Source: Myxococcota bacterium (lineage in GTDB: Bacteria; Myxococcota; XYA12-FULL-58-9; JALHOP01). Taken from it: a stretch of 15,843 nt of DNA. The position numbers and the translations under genes are program-made. Shown piece after piece: positions 1-10,618 of the stretch. Positions within the stretch are counted from its first letter, which is position 1, and every line of letters begins with the position of its first letter. The notes below the pieces were generated by a model. The model was not told the DNA's origin. It ran no database searches and saw only the letters and a program-made list of their open reading frames with translations. The DNA lies in NCBI GenBank assembly GCA_041288095.1, contig JBGGMJ010000101.1, forward strand, positions 1 through 15,843, written 5' to 3'.

Positions 1-249
1 GCCGGCCTGCGCGAGCAGCTCAAGGCGAAGACGCTTCAAGGCGCGGTCGTTCAGGACATCGCTCCGGGGAGCGTCGCGTCGCGGGCCGGCTTCCAGCGCG
101 GCGACGTCATCGTCAACGTGCAGGGCAAAGCCACGAACAACGCCCGCGAGGTGATCGCCGCGGTGAAGGGCGTGAAGAGCGGCCAACCCATCCGCTTCCA
201 GATCGAGCGGCAGGGGGTGACCATCTTCGTCGCGCTCGCGAAGCCCTGA
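1..249 (+). CDS. C-terminal PDZ domain of a DegP/DegQ (HtrA-family) serine protease, 5' truncated by the window edge
   Basis: Manual translation of frame 1 from base 1: AGLREQLKAKTLQGAVVQDIAPGSVASRAGFQRGDVIVNVQGKATNNAREVIAAVKGVKSGQPIRFQIERQGVTIFVALAKP*, TGA at 247-249. GAVV..I.PGS.A.RAG...GDVI..V.G and the terminal I.R.G...FVAL are typical of the last PDZ domain of Do/DegQ proteases. The protease domain lies outside the window. Not in the ORF track. Confidence 0.8.
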   Translation, partial: AGLREQLKAKTLQGAVVQDIAPGSVASRAGFQRGDVIVNVQGKATNNAREVIAAVKGVKSGQPIRFQIERQGVTIFVALAKP

Positions 250-287
250 AGACCGTGGCATGCTGCGCCCCAAATCAGGGAGGCGCC

Positions 288-1877
288 ATGTCCTTGCGAA
301 TCGTCGGTGTTTCGTTGGTGCTCGCTTTAGCGGTTGCCTGCGGTGGAGAGGACGGCGAAGACGGTGAGGACGGCATCAGCTGGCTCACCGCCGCGGTCCC
401 CGCGAGCACGAACGATTGCGCGAACGGCGGCACCAGCGTCCAGGTCGGTCCGGACACCAATCGCAACGGGATGCTTGACGCCGCCGAGGTGACCTCCACG
501 TCGCACGTGTGCAACGGCACCGATGGAGACCCGAGCGACTTGTGGCTCGTCGCGACCGAAGAAGCCGACACCGATCGCTGCGCCTGGGGCGGCACCATCG
601 TTCACACGGGCAAGGACACCAACGGCAGCGAAGTGCTCGAGGCGGCCGAATTCCTCTCGACCCAGCCGGTCTGCAAGTCCGCGGTCACCGCATCGGGGAG
701 CTTCGCGGTTTGGACCGGCAACGGCGACGACAACAAGTTTTCCAATCCAGACAACTGGCAGTTTCGCACCGTGCCGCTCGAAGGTCAGTCGCTTCGCTTC
801 CCCGACGAGGGCGTTCAAAAGACCGTGGAGAATGATCTGCCTCTCCTGACGGTGTTCGGGGGGCTCGCGATCGACGGCGGCTATCAGTTCTCAGGCAAGA
901 AACTGGTTGTGCTCGCGAGCATCCTCGTCGTCGATCCAATCGCGGGCACGCCCGTCACCATGGCGTGGCCGATGGTGATGCACGGCGGCGGTATCAGCGT
1001 CGATCCAGACGGCGCCCCCGGCGACGAGCTCATCATCTCGGGCGCCATCGAAGGCGTCGGTCGCCTCGTCAAGGAGAACACCGGCACCCTCCGCTTGTCC
1101 GGCGCGAACACCTTCCGTGGCGGCATCGACATCGCCGAAGGCACCCTGATGGCGGTCGGCGGTAGCGCGCTACCCGACTTCGGCGATGTGGCCTGTCTTG
1201 GCGCCGGCACCCTCCATGTCGACGCGGCCGGCGACAGCGTGCCGTCACTGCGCGGCGCTTGCGCGGTCATTCTCGATGGTCCCCTCGTCCTCACCGACGT
1301 CGACGACGATAGCTACTCCGGCGCGATGTCCGGGCCTGGCGTGTTGACCAAGCGCGGCGGCGGCTTCCTCGCCCTGACCGGTGACGGCGGCACCCACAGC
1401 GGCGCGCTGCTCGTCCAGGAAGGCAGCGTCTTCATCAACAGTGACTACGGCGCGACGGCGGTCACGGTGTCGAGTAGCGCGACGCTCGCCGGCAACGGCA
1501 ATCCCGGGGCCATCACGGTTGCGAGCGGTGGCACCGTCGCTCCCGGTGGAGCCGGCCCAGCCATCCTCACCTCGTCGAGCAACGTCGCGCTCGCGGCGGG
1601 CTCGACCCTCGCGGTCAAGCTCAACGGCACGGTCTCCGGCACTGGTTACGACCGACTCGCGGCCAACGGTGACATCGCGCTCGGCGGCTCGACCCTGGCG
1701 GTCGACATGGGCTTTACCGCATCTGAAGGAAACGCGTTCACCATCGTCCAATGTACGGGCGCGTTGACCGGAACCTTCGCGGGTATCGCCGATCAGGGTG
1801 CCGTGATTTTCGAAAGTCAGCGCTTCATCGTCGACTACACGGCCAACGCCGTGATCCTTACCCGGGACGACCCGTAG
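288..1877 (+). CDS. Lipoprotein with two myxobacterial-type Cys-bracketed EF-hand-like repeats (DUF7151-like) and autotransporter-associated beta-strand (PATR) repeats; putative surface adhesin
   Basis: ATG at 288 follows GGGAGG (SD). Signal MSLRIVGVSLVLALAVA-C18 (lipobox-like), then GGEDGEDGEDG. Two C..GG.....G.D.N....L...E......C repeats. WTGNGDDNKFSNPDNW motif. PATR-like LVKENTGTLRLSGANTFRGGIDIAEGTL and LTKRGGGFLALTGDGGTHSGALLVQEGSV. Ends YDRL...GTFAG...FIVDYTANAVILTRDDP with no beta-barrel. Confidence 0.8.
   Translation: MSLRIVGVSLVLALAVACGGEDGEDGEDGISWLTAAVPASTNDCANGGTSVQVGPDTNRNGMLDAAEVTSTSHVCNGTDGDPSDLWLVATEEADTDRCAWGGTIVHTGKDTNGSEVLEAAEFLSTQPVCKSAVTASGSFAVWTGNGDDNKFSNPDNWQFRTVPLEGQSLRFPDEGVQKTVENDLPLLTVFGGLAIDGGYQFSGKKLVVLASILVVDPIAGTPVTMAWPMVMHGGGISVDPDGAPGDELIISGAIEGVGRLVKENTGTLRLSGANTFRGGIDIAEGTLMAVGGSALPDFGDVACLGAGTLHVDAAGDSVPSLRGACAVILDGPLVLTDVDDDSYSGAMSGPGVLTKRGGGFLALTGDGGTHSGALLVQEGSVFINSDYGATAVTVSSSATLAGNGNPGAITVASGGTVAPGGAGPAILTSSSNVALAAGSTLAVKLNGTVSGTGYDRLAANGDIALGGSTLAVDMGFTASEGNAFTIVQCTGALTGTFAGIADQGAVIFESQRFIVDYTANAVILTRDDP
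402..680 (+). repeat. Two tandem ~54-aa-period protein repeats (CxxGG...G.DxN..xxLxxxE...C)
   Basis: Repeat 1 CANGGTSVQVGPDTNRNGMLDAAEVTSTSHVC (about 417-512) and repeat 2 CAWGGTIVHTGKDTNGSEVLEAAEFLSTQPVC (about 579-674) align directly. Confidence 0.8.
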
Positions 1878-1915
1878 TCCAGCCCAAGGCTGGCCAAGGG
1901 CGGCGCTTTTTGTTG

Positions 1916-1921
1916 TAAGAT
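1916..1921 (+). promoter_or_regulatory. Candidate -10 element (TAAGAT) of a leaderless promoter for the aminotransferase
   Basis: TAAGAT-N7-ATG(1929) with no SD sequence before the ATG; short AT-rich patch in a GC-rich background. Confidence 0.45.
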
Positions 1922-1928
1922 CGCGTTC

Positions 1929-3071
1929 ATGACTCCTCCAATCGCGAAGCGTTGCGCTACCCTCAACAAGAGCCTCATCCGCCAGGTCGCCGACGCGGCC
2001 GCCAAGGGCACCATCAACCTGGGCTTGGGCCAGCCGGCCATCGACCCGCATCCGTCGGTCATGGAGCGTCTCGCCAAGGCCGCCAAGGACAACAAGGCGG
2101 CGTACACGCCGAACGCCGGTGACGCCGAGCTGCGCGCTCGTATCGGTGCCGAGCTCTTCAGCGGCGCGCCGATGGAGTCCGTGCTCATCACCATCGGCAG
2201 CGAAGAAGCGATGTTCACCGCGCTCATGGCGCTCTGCGATCCGGGCGACGAGCTGCTCGGCCCCGAGCCGGGCTATCCCGCTTACCGCAGCATCAGCACG
2301 CTCCTCGGCGTCCAGCACAAGCCGTACATGTTGACGCCCGATTTCCGCATCGACGTCGACGCGTTGCTGGCGCAGATCACCGACAAGACCCGCGTGGTCA
2401 TCGTCACGTCGCCGTCCAACCCGACGGGCCGGTTCGCTGGAGCGGACAAGGACATGCAGCGCTTGGTCGAGGGTTGCGCCAAGAAGAACGTCTGGGTGAT
2501 CGACGACTGCCTCTACCGCGACATCCACTTCGTCGAGCATCACCGTCCGCTCTACAAGATGGGCGACAACGTCCTCACCATCGACGCCATCTCGAAGAGC
2601 TACGCGTGCACCGGCTTGCGCGTGGGTTGGTTGCAAGGTCCGGTCGAGCTCGAAAGCAAGCTCATCGCCATCCACCAGGCGGTGTGCACGACGGCGCCGA
2701 CGCCATCGCAGGAGGCGACCAAGGCCTGCCTCGATCTGCGCAAGACCAACTACGCCAAGGAGATCAACGCCCTCTATTCGGAGCGCGCGCGTGCCGCCGA
2801 GGGCGCGCTCGCCAAGGAGCCGAAGCTCAAGTTCCACCCGAGCGAGGGCGCCTTCTACGTTTTCGCGGACGCCCGCGCCTTCGGCGTCGACACCAAGGAG
2901 CTCGCCTTCGACCTCGCGCGCAACGGCAAGGTGATCATCGTGCCCGGTGAGGCGTTCGGTCCGTCCGCCAAGGGCTTCATCCGCGTCACCTACGCGCCGA
3001 CTCCCGACAAGATTGCCGCCGGTGTCGAGCAGCTCATCGAAGGGCTGCGCACCGCGAAACGCGTCGCCTGA
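1929..3071 (+). CDS. Pyridoxal-phosphate-dependent aminotransferase class I/II (AspC/PatA-like)
   Basis: Motifs INLGLGQP, YTPNAG..ELR, TIGSEEA, PGYPAY, SPSNPTG, IDDCLY (PLP-binding Asp), SKSYACTGLRVGW (Schiff-base Lys), GAFYVF, VPGEAFG, GFIRVTY. Confidence 0.93.
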   Translation: MTPPIAKRCATLNKSLIRQVADAAAKGTINLGLGQPAIDPHPSVMERLAKAAKDNKAAYTPNAGDAELRARIGAELFSGAPMESVLITIGSEEAMFTALMALCDPGDELLGPEPGYPAYRSISTLLGVQHKPYMLTPDFRIDVDALLAQITDKTRVVIVTSPSNPTGRFAGADKDMQRLVEGCAKKNVWVIDDCLYRDIHFVEHHRPLYKMGDNVLTIDAISKSYACTGLRVGWLQGPVELESKLIAIHQAVCTTAPTPSQEATKACLDLRKTNYAKEINALYSERARAAEGALAKEPKLKFHPSEGAFYVFADARAFGVDTKELAFDLARNGKVIIVPGEAFGPSAKGFIRVTYAPTPDKIAAGVEQLIEGLRTAKRVA

Positions 3072-4240
3072 TGGTCAACCTGATTGCGCTGCTAGCCCTC
3101 GGCGCAACCAATGGGCCCGTCCTCAGCAACGCCGAAATGCGAGGCAAGGGCGCGGCCATCCTCTCGCGCGACATCGAGAACGTGAAGACCATGCGGCAGC
3201 GCGTGGTCGGCGTCCTGCCCGAGACCGTCGTGCGCGACTCGGTGGTCCTGGGACTCGACGAGAATCTGCCCTCGATACCGCTGCGCAAGATCGCGCGCGA
3301 CGTGCCGATCATGATCCAGCACGCGCAGATCTCGGGCCACGGCACCGACACCACCGTGTTCATGGGTTACGGACCCGAGGATGACGACGACTACGACGCG
3401 ACCGCGGCCGGGGCGAAGCTCTTCTACGCGGCCGGCACCAACCCCGCGGGCATCAAGCTCAACCTGACGCGCAAGTTCGCGCAGCTCTGCGACCTAGTCG
3501 TCACCCTCGAAGGCACCAAGCGCGGCGGCCAGCCGTTGTATCACGGCGTTCAGGTGACGCGGCTCATCCCCGGCCTGCTCGGCATCGTCGCCATCACCAT
3601 CGGCCACGAAGCCATGCATGCGGCCCAGTACCAAACGCATCCTGCGCTCGATCTCGACAGTCATCGCAACCACATCAAGGATGGCCAGGTGAGCGCCGAG
3701 GCGCTCGAGGCGCTGCGCTGGGCACGCGCTTACGAGCAGGAAGCGTACGTCTGGGAATACAGCCTCGCGGTTGCCTGGAAGGCCGAGATCAACACGGCCG
3801 CGGAGGCGCTCATCGAGCTACGCCAGCGCGATCCGCAGGAGTTCGCCCGCAACGGGCGCTTCGAATTTCTCGGCGAGGGGCGGCGCAACGAGCTCGTCCA
3901 GCACTACATGCGCGATGTCGTGGCGTCCGCTGAAGCGAGCTTGAAGAAAAAGGAGTTCGCCTTCACCGGTGACATGCACCTCCTCGTCGACTCCCTGTTC
4001 GACGTGCCGGCGGCGACCAACGCGCTGATCGCCGCGAACGACGAGGCTGTCATCGTCCGCGGGCCCAAGATCCAGGAGCTGCGCGAAGCCACCGCCAAGG
4101 CCGAAAAGGTCTGCAAGGAGTACTTCGAGCAGGGCGAGGCGACCGACCGCATGCTCGACGCGCATCCGTTCCTGAAAGACGTGAGGCCCCGACTCGACCG
4201 CGAGATCGAGCGCGCCCGCGGGCGCCTTATGGGCGGTTAG
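3071..4240 (+). CDS. Hypothetical, possibly exported protein with a zincin HExxH motif (putative Zn metallopeptidase)
   Basis: 389 aa; the start overlaps the upstream stop (TGATG). Short hydrophobic N-terminus MVNLIALLALGAT. TIGHEAMHAAQ is followed about 35 residues later by YEQEAY (candidate third ligand Glu). GC3-rich codon usage supports a real gene. Confidence 0.65.
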   Translation: MVNLIALLALGATNGPVLSNAEMRGKGAAILSRDIENVKTMRQRVVGVLPETVVRDSVVLGLDENLPSIPLRKIARDVPIMIQHAQISGHGTDTTVFMGYGPEDDDDYDATAAGAKLFYAAGTNPAGIKLNLTRKFAQLCDLVVTLEGTKRGGQPLYHGVQVTRLIPGLLGIVAITIGHEAMHAAQYQTHPALDLDSHRNHIKDGQVSAEALEALRWARAYEQEAYVWEYSLAVAWKAEINTAAEALIELRQRDPQEFARNGRFEFLGEGRRNELVQHYMRDVVASAEASLKKKEFAFTGDMHLLVDSLFDVPAATNALIAANDEAVIVRGPKIQELREATAKAEKVCKEYFEQGEATDRMLDAHPFLKDVRPRLDREIERARGRLMGG

Positions 4241-5577
4241 TCCATCTTCGCGAGCTCGAGCATTGCGATGACTTTGCGCAGGCTCGGTCCCGGCACCATG
4301 ATGCCGTCGGAGTAGCTGCTGGTGCGAAACGGCGCCGCGAGCGTGTCGACGAGGTTCATGATCTTCCCGGCCTCGGCCCGAACCGCTGCCGGCTCGGCCT
4401 TGGCGGTGGCGACGACGTCCGCCAAAGCAGACCGAAGGCGAAAATCGAAGCCCCGGAGCGCGTCGAGGTGTCGTTCGGCAATCAAGCCGAACAGCGCGCG
4501 CTCGACGCCGCTATGCTGGGGCTCGATGGCGAACGCGACGGCCTTGGCCGCGGTCTCGGGGCCGTGGTTGCCGTAGCGGTACTGCCTGTCGCCCCACGCG
4601 AAGAGCTCGTCGAAGTCCGCGAGCTTGTCGAGACTCGAGACGACGTCGTGATGGCTTGCGACCGGTGCGGGAATCGCGGTCGGGGTGGTTGGGAACGGCG
4701 CTTGGGTCTTGGGCCCAATGGCTTCAAGGCAGCGGTGGAGCTCGAGGTAGGCCGCGTGCTCGCCGCTCTCGTATTGAGCTTTCAAGCCGTCTTCGTCGAA
4801 GAAGCGCTCACGCACGAAGGGCGCGAGCTCGCGCTGGTGCGCATCGGAGAGCTGGGCGAAGGCCTTGGGAACGCCGCGTTCGCCATAGCGGCTGCTGCTT
4901 GCCTTGATACACAGCTCGATGAGCTCGAGCAGGTGTGTCTCTTCAGGGGTCAGCTGGGATTGGGCGCTGGCCAGGCGGTCGAGCACCCTCTGGAGGTCTG
5001 TGTCGGTGGTGGTCTGGTCCCCGGCCTTGGCCTTCGTAAGCAGCGCCTTCGCCTTGTTCGCGACGAACGCCTGGAGCTCTGGAGCTTCGACGCGCCCGCC
5101 CTCGCTCGCAGGGAAGCTACGGCTCGCGGTCTCGAGTCGCATCACTTCGTCGCGCAGGTCGCCCTGCAGCAAAGGAGGAGCTGCGTCCGCGGCCCGCTTG
5201 CGCAGCTTCGGATGGATGACCGCGCCGACGCTGCTCAACGCAGCCCCGACACTGGCGACCACCAAGGGTACGACAGCGGCGAGCTCGGTGAACAAGGCGA
5301 GACCCAAGGCACCCGCGCCACCCGCTAGGAGGGGGACGGCCCACCAGTCCGTGATGACCTTGACCTCTATCCGTCGTTGGGTGAGCGGAGCGAGGCGAGT
5401 GTCGAGGGTCGTTGCGATGCTGGACATGCGCTCGGCGACCTCGAGCGTGTTGGGTCGATAGACGGCGACCGCGGTGCTCGGGGGCGCATCGACGGCCGGC
5501 GGCGGGGCCGCTGCGAGCGTGCTCGGGGGCACGATCTTGGCGAGGTCGATCCTCAGCTGCGACGGCAGACCAGTCAT
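4237..5577 (-). CDS. Hypothetical protein with Pro/Ala-rich N-terminus, two adjacent hydrophobic helices and a helical C-terminal region
   Basis: Long ORF filling the gap. ATG at 5577 is preceded by GGAGAG (SD-like) and is preferred over the TTG at 5592. Hydrophobic hairpin WWAVPLLAGGAGALGLALF / LAAVVPLVVASVGAALSSVGAVI. No recognised family. Confidence 0.65.
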   Translation of the reverse strand: MTGLPSQLRIDLAKIVPPSTLAAAPPPAVDAPPSTAVAVYRPNTLEVAERMSSIATTLDTRLAPLTQRRIEVKVITDWWAVPLLAGGAGALGLALFTELAAVVPLVVASVGAALSSVGAVIHPKLRKRAADAAPPLLQGDLRDEVMRLETASRSFPASEGGRVEAPELQAFVANKAKALLTKAKAGDQTTTDTDLQRVLDRLASAQSQLTPEETHLLELIELCIKASSSRYGERGVPKAFAQLSDAHQRELAPFVRERFFDEDGLKAQYESGEHAAYLELHRCLEAIGPKTQAPFPTTPTAIPAPVASHHDVVSSLDKLADFDELFAWGDRQYRYGNHGPETAAKAVAFAIEPQHSGVERALFGLIAERHLDALRGFDFRLRSALADVVATAKAEPAAVRAEAGKIMNLVDTLAAPFRTSSYSDGIMVPGPSLRKVIAMLELAKMD

Positions 5578-5676
5578 CCCCCGGCTCTCCAATTCTGCGC
5601 CTTCGGTATCGCGCGAGAGCGGAGGTCGATTGCGCCTACTCGGCCTGACAGCTTGACGGGTCGCCGACCCCGACGG

Positions 5677-6642
5677 TCAGCGCACCAGGCCGTCGATCAT
5701 CCAGCCACCCTTGCCGTCGAGGCGAAACCACGGCGAGATGATCTCGTCGACTGGACCCATGGTGCCCGAGGGCGCGTCGTGCGCGCCGCCGACGAGCTCG
5801 AGATACACCGGATGCTCGAAGAACGAATTCGCCTCGACCGCGAGATAGGCGAGCGCGCCATTGCCGAAGACGCGCAGCGTGGTGGCGTCACGCTCCGGTA
5901 GCTCTCGCAACACGATCGGCTCCTGGAAAGCCGTGCGTCGCCGCGCCGCGAGATCGAAGAAGATGTCCCAGTCGTCGTATTGGCCTTCGAGCATCTCGGT
6001 CGCGGTCGCGAACTCGCGGAGGTCGTGCCTGACGGCGGCATAGGGAGAGTAGCTCTTCGACTTGCCGTCGGCGCCCTCGAGATCCTGCCAGAGCTTGGCG
6101 TAAGCGGCGTAGAGCGAGTTGCGCCGCGCGGTGTCGTCGGTGATGCGTTCGCCGTGCAGCCAGCTCCATTCCGGGACCGTCGTCGTCGAGGCGAAGGTGC
6201 CCGTGATTGTCCGCGGTAGCGCACCCTCGTCCTTGGAGAGCGCCGGGATGGCGAAGCGCGCGAGCGTCGTCTCGCGACTCAGGTGCTCGTAGTCGAGATC
6301 GGTGATGGTGTACGTCGCGGCGTACGGTCCGAAATCGTCGCAACACCGGCCGTCGCTCACCACGTAGGTGGCCGCGAAAGCGTTCTCGCCGTTGCGCAGG
6401 AAGTAGGGGTGCAACACGGTGTACCCCTGCAGGCTGGTCGCGAGCTCGCCGAACCAGCTCTGCTGACCCAAACGCGCGAGGTGCACGGGAAAGTCGTTGA
6501 TGCGCACCGTGGCGTCGAGGCCCAGGTCTTGGCGTTCGATGCCGAGCGACGGCATGTGCGCCTTGGCGGCGGGTGGACCGGGCGCGGGGGGCCTCGAGCA
6601 GCCCACGAGGGCGAGAGCAACGAAGGTCGCGGTGCGAAGCAT
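5677..6642 (-). CDS. Hypothetical lipoprotein
   Basis: The ORF-track start at 6852 overlaps uvrA. ATG at 6642 gives [15 protein letters not shown] (lipobox LVGC), a Pro-rich linker [12 protein letters not shown] and a globular domain; 321 aa. Confidence 0.75.
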   Translation of the reverse strand: MLRTATFVALALVGCSRPPAPGPPAAKAHMPSLGIERQDLGLDATVRINDFPVHLARLGQQSWFGELATSLQGYTVLHPYFLRNGENAFAATYVVSDGRCCDDFGPYAATYTITDLDYEHLSRETTLARFAIPALSKDEGALPRTITGTFASTTTVPEWSWLHGERITDDTARRNSLYAAYAKLWQDLEGADGKSKSYSPYAAVRHDLREFATATEMLEGQYDDWDIFFDLAARRRTAFQEPIVLRELPERDATTLRVFGNGALAYLAVEANSFFEHPVYLELVGGAHDAPSGTMGPVDEIISPWFRLDGKGGWMIDGLVR

Positions 6643-6680
6643 GGACGATGGCCTATCGCCAGTGCGTCTCGGACCATAGA

Positions 6681-6697
6681 CCTGAACGGATGTCCCG
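6681..6697 (-). promoter_or_regulatory. Candidate LexA (SOS) operator upstream of uvrA
   Basis: Minus strand reads CGGGACATCCGTTCAGG, a 15/17 match to the Myxococcus xanthus LexA consensus CTRHAMRYBYGTTCAGS as I recall it. Plus-strand core GAAC-N4-GTCC is one mismatch from GAAC-N4-GTTC. Lies 21 nt upstream of the uvrA ATG. Confidence 0.55.
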
Positions 6698-6718
6698 GTG
6701 TAAGAACCCAGACCTCTC

Positions 6719-9571
<2,853 letters not shown>

Positions 9572-10110
9572 TCCCCGGGCCGGGCGTTGGCGCCAGGCAC
9601 TGAGCCGAGACGTTCTTGCCACCGGAGCCGGAGATGGCGCGCTCGATGAACACCGAGGTGACGTTGGTGTAGGTCGCGGCGGTGTCCGCGGGCACGCCCA
9701 TGATGAGCACGTCGTACGCCTTGGGCCCGACGCGCGTCGTCTCGAGCTTCACGAAGTCGAAGTACCGGGTCGTCGCGAGTGGCAGGGCTTTGACCATGAG
9801 GTCGGGCGTCGCGAATTTGAGGATGGCGCGGTAGATGCCGGTCATATCGCGCTCGTAGATGAAGGTGCCGACCGACCGACAGAGCGCCGTGTGCTGCTGA
9901 CCCGTGAGCTGAGCGGCGACTTGCGTGACTTCGGTGACCGGCCGGACGTCGTACCAAATGCTCGCGATGAAGATCTGCTCGAAGAACGTCCGGGTCGCCG
10001 GCGCCAAGCGCTCCATCACCCGCTCCAGCCCTATTTCGCGGGTCAGGTACTCCTTAATCCCGCGCCAGGCATTGCCTTTCATGTTGAAGCCGGCCGTGGC
10101 CATGCGCCCA

Positions 10111-10116
10111 ATCTTA
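10111..10116 (-). promoter_or_regulatory. Candidate -10 element (TAAGAT) of a leaderless promoter
   Basis: Minus strand TAAGAT-tgggcgc-ATG(10103): same hexamer and 7-nt spacing as at 1916-1929; no SD. Confidence 0.45.
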
Positions 10117-10146
10117 AACCGAAGATGCGCATACGTCGCGGAAACC

Positions 10147-10176
10147 TTGGCCAAATCGCTCGAGCAGCCTTAGCTT
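10147..10176 (+). promoter_or_regulatory. Possible sigma70-type promoter for the DUF5519 gene
   Basis: TTGGCC(10147-10152)-N18-TAGCTT(10171-10176), about 30 nt upstream of ATG 10207, which has a GAGG SD. Confidence 0.25.
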
Positions 10177-10206
10177 AATCCGGTCTGTGAGAGATGAGGC
10201 CTGACC

Positions 10207-10584
10207 ATGCAGCAAAAGCTTAGGTCGGCCGGAGTCGGTGCTTCCCCGACTGGGCCGTCAGCCGTCGAGCAAGTGATTGCGATCGTCGGCGAGTGGACCG
10301 GTGTTCAGGTCGGAACGCATCGCTTTGGCGGACTTGGTTTCAAGTATCGCGGCGGTGAGCTGGGTCATTTCCACAGCGACAGCGTGCTTGACCTGGCGTT
10401 CCCCGCGCACATCGGAGAGCGGCTGATCGGCAAAGGCTGGGCCGATCTCAATCACCTGTTCCCGGTCAGCGGTTGGGTGACGTTCCGCATCGAGAGTGAC
10501 GCCGACATCGCGCATGCCGTGCGCTTGCTGCGCATCGCCTATCGCTATCGGCGCCTGCGCGTGGCCAGCTTTACCGTGCATTGA
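10207..10584 (+). CDS. Luciferase-domain family protein (DUF5519-like)
   Basis: HRFGG..F...G.ELGHFH....LDLAFP......LI..G.A...HLFP.SGWVTF.I....D...A..LLR.AY is the characteristic DUF5519 pattern. GAGG SD upstream. Confidence 0.8.
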   Translation: MQQKLRSAGVGASPTGPSAVEQVIAIVGEWTGVQVGTHRFGGLGFKYRGGELGHFHSDSVLDLAFPAHIGERLIGKGWADLNHLFPVSGWVTFRIESDADIAHAVRLLRIAYRYRRLRVASFTVH

Positions 10585-10610
10585 GCTGAGCGAACGCCAG
10601 CTGCTACAGT
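10581..10610 (+). promoter_or_regulatory. Candidate promoter for the ferredoxin (near-leaderless)
   Basis: TTGAGC(10581-10586)-N18-TACAGT(10605-10610) with extended -10 TGn at 10602-10604, 8 nt before ATG 10619; no SD. Confidence 0.4.
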
Positions 10611-10618
10611 CGCGCCTG

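Noticed and set aside
345..374. Degenerate 9-bp tandem repeat encoding GEDGEDGEDG
   Set aside because: A short Gly-X-Y linker in a lipoprotein with varied codons; not a phase-variable repeat or CRISPR-like array.
1879..1911. Hairpin CCAGCC-CAA-GGCTGG with a downstream T-run as an intrinsic terminator
   Set aside because: The T-tract (1907-1911) is 13 nt away from a short 6-bp stem and more probably belongs to the next promoter; too weak to call.
1245..2837. 530-aa minus-strand ORF
   Set aside because: Antisense shadow of the lipoprotein and aminotransferase genes; long stop-free antisense frames are expected with GC3-rich codon usage, and it has no recognisable motifs.
5658..5670. Small inverted repeat GGGTC-GCC-GACCC downstream of the lipoprotein gene
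   Set aside because: 5-bp stem with no U-tract on either strand; expected by chance at this GC content.
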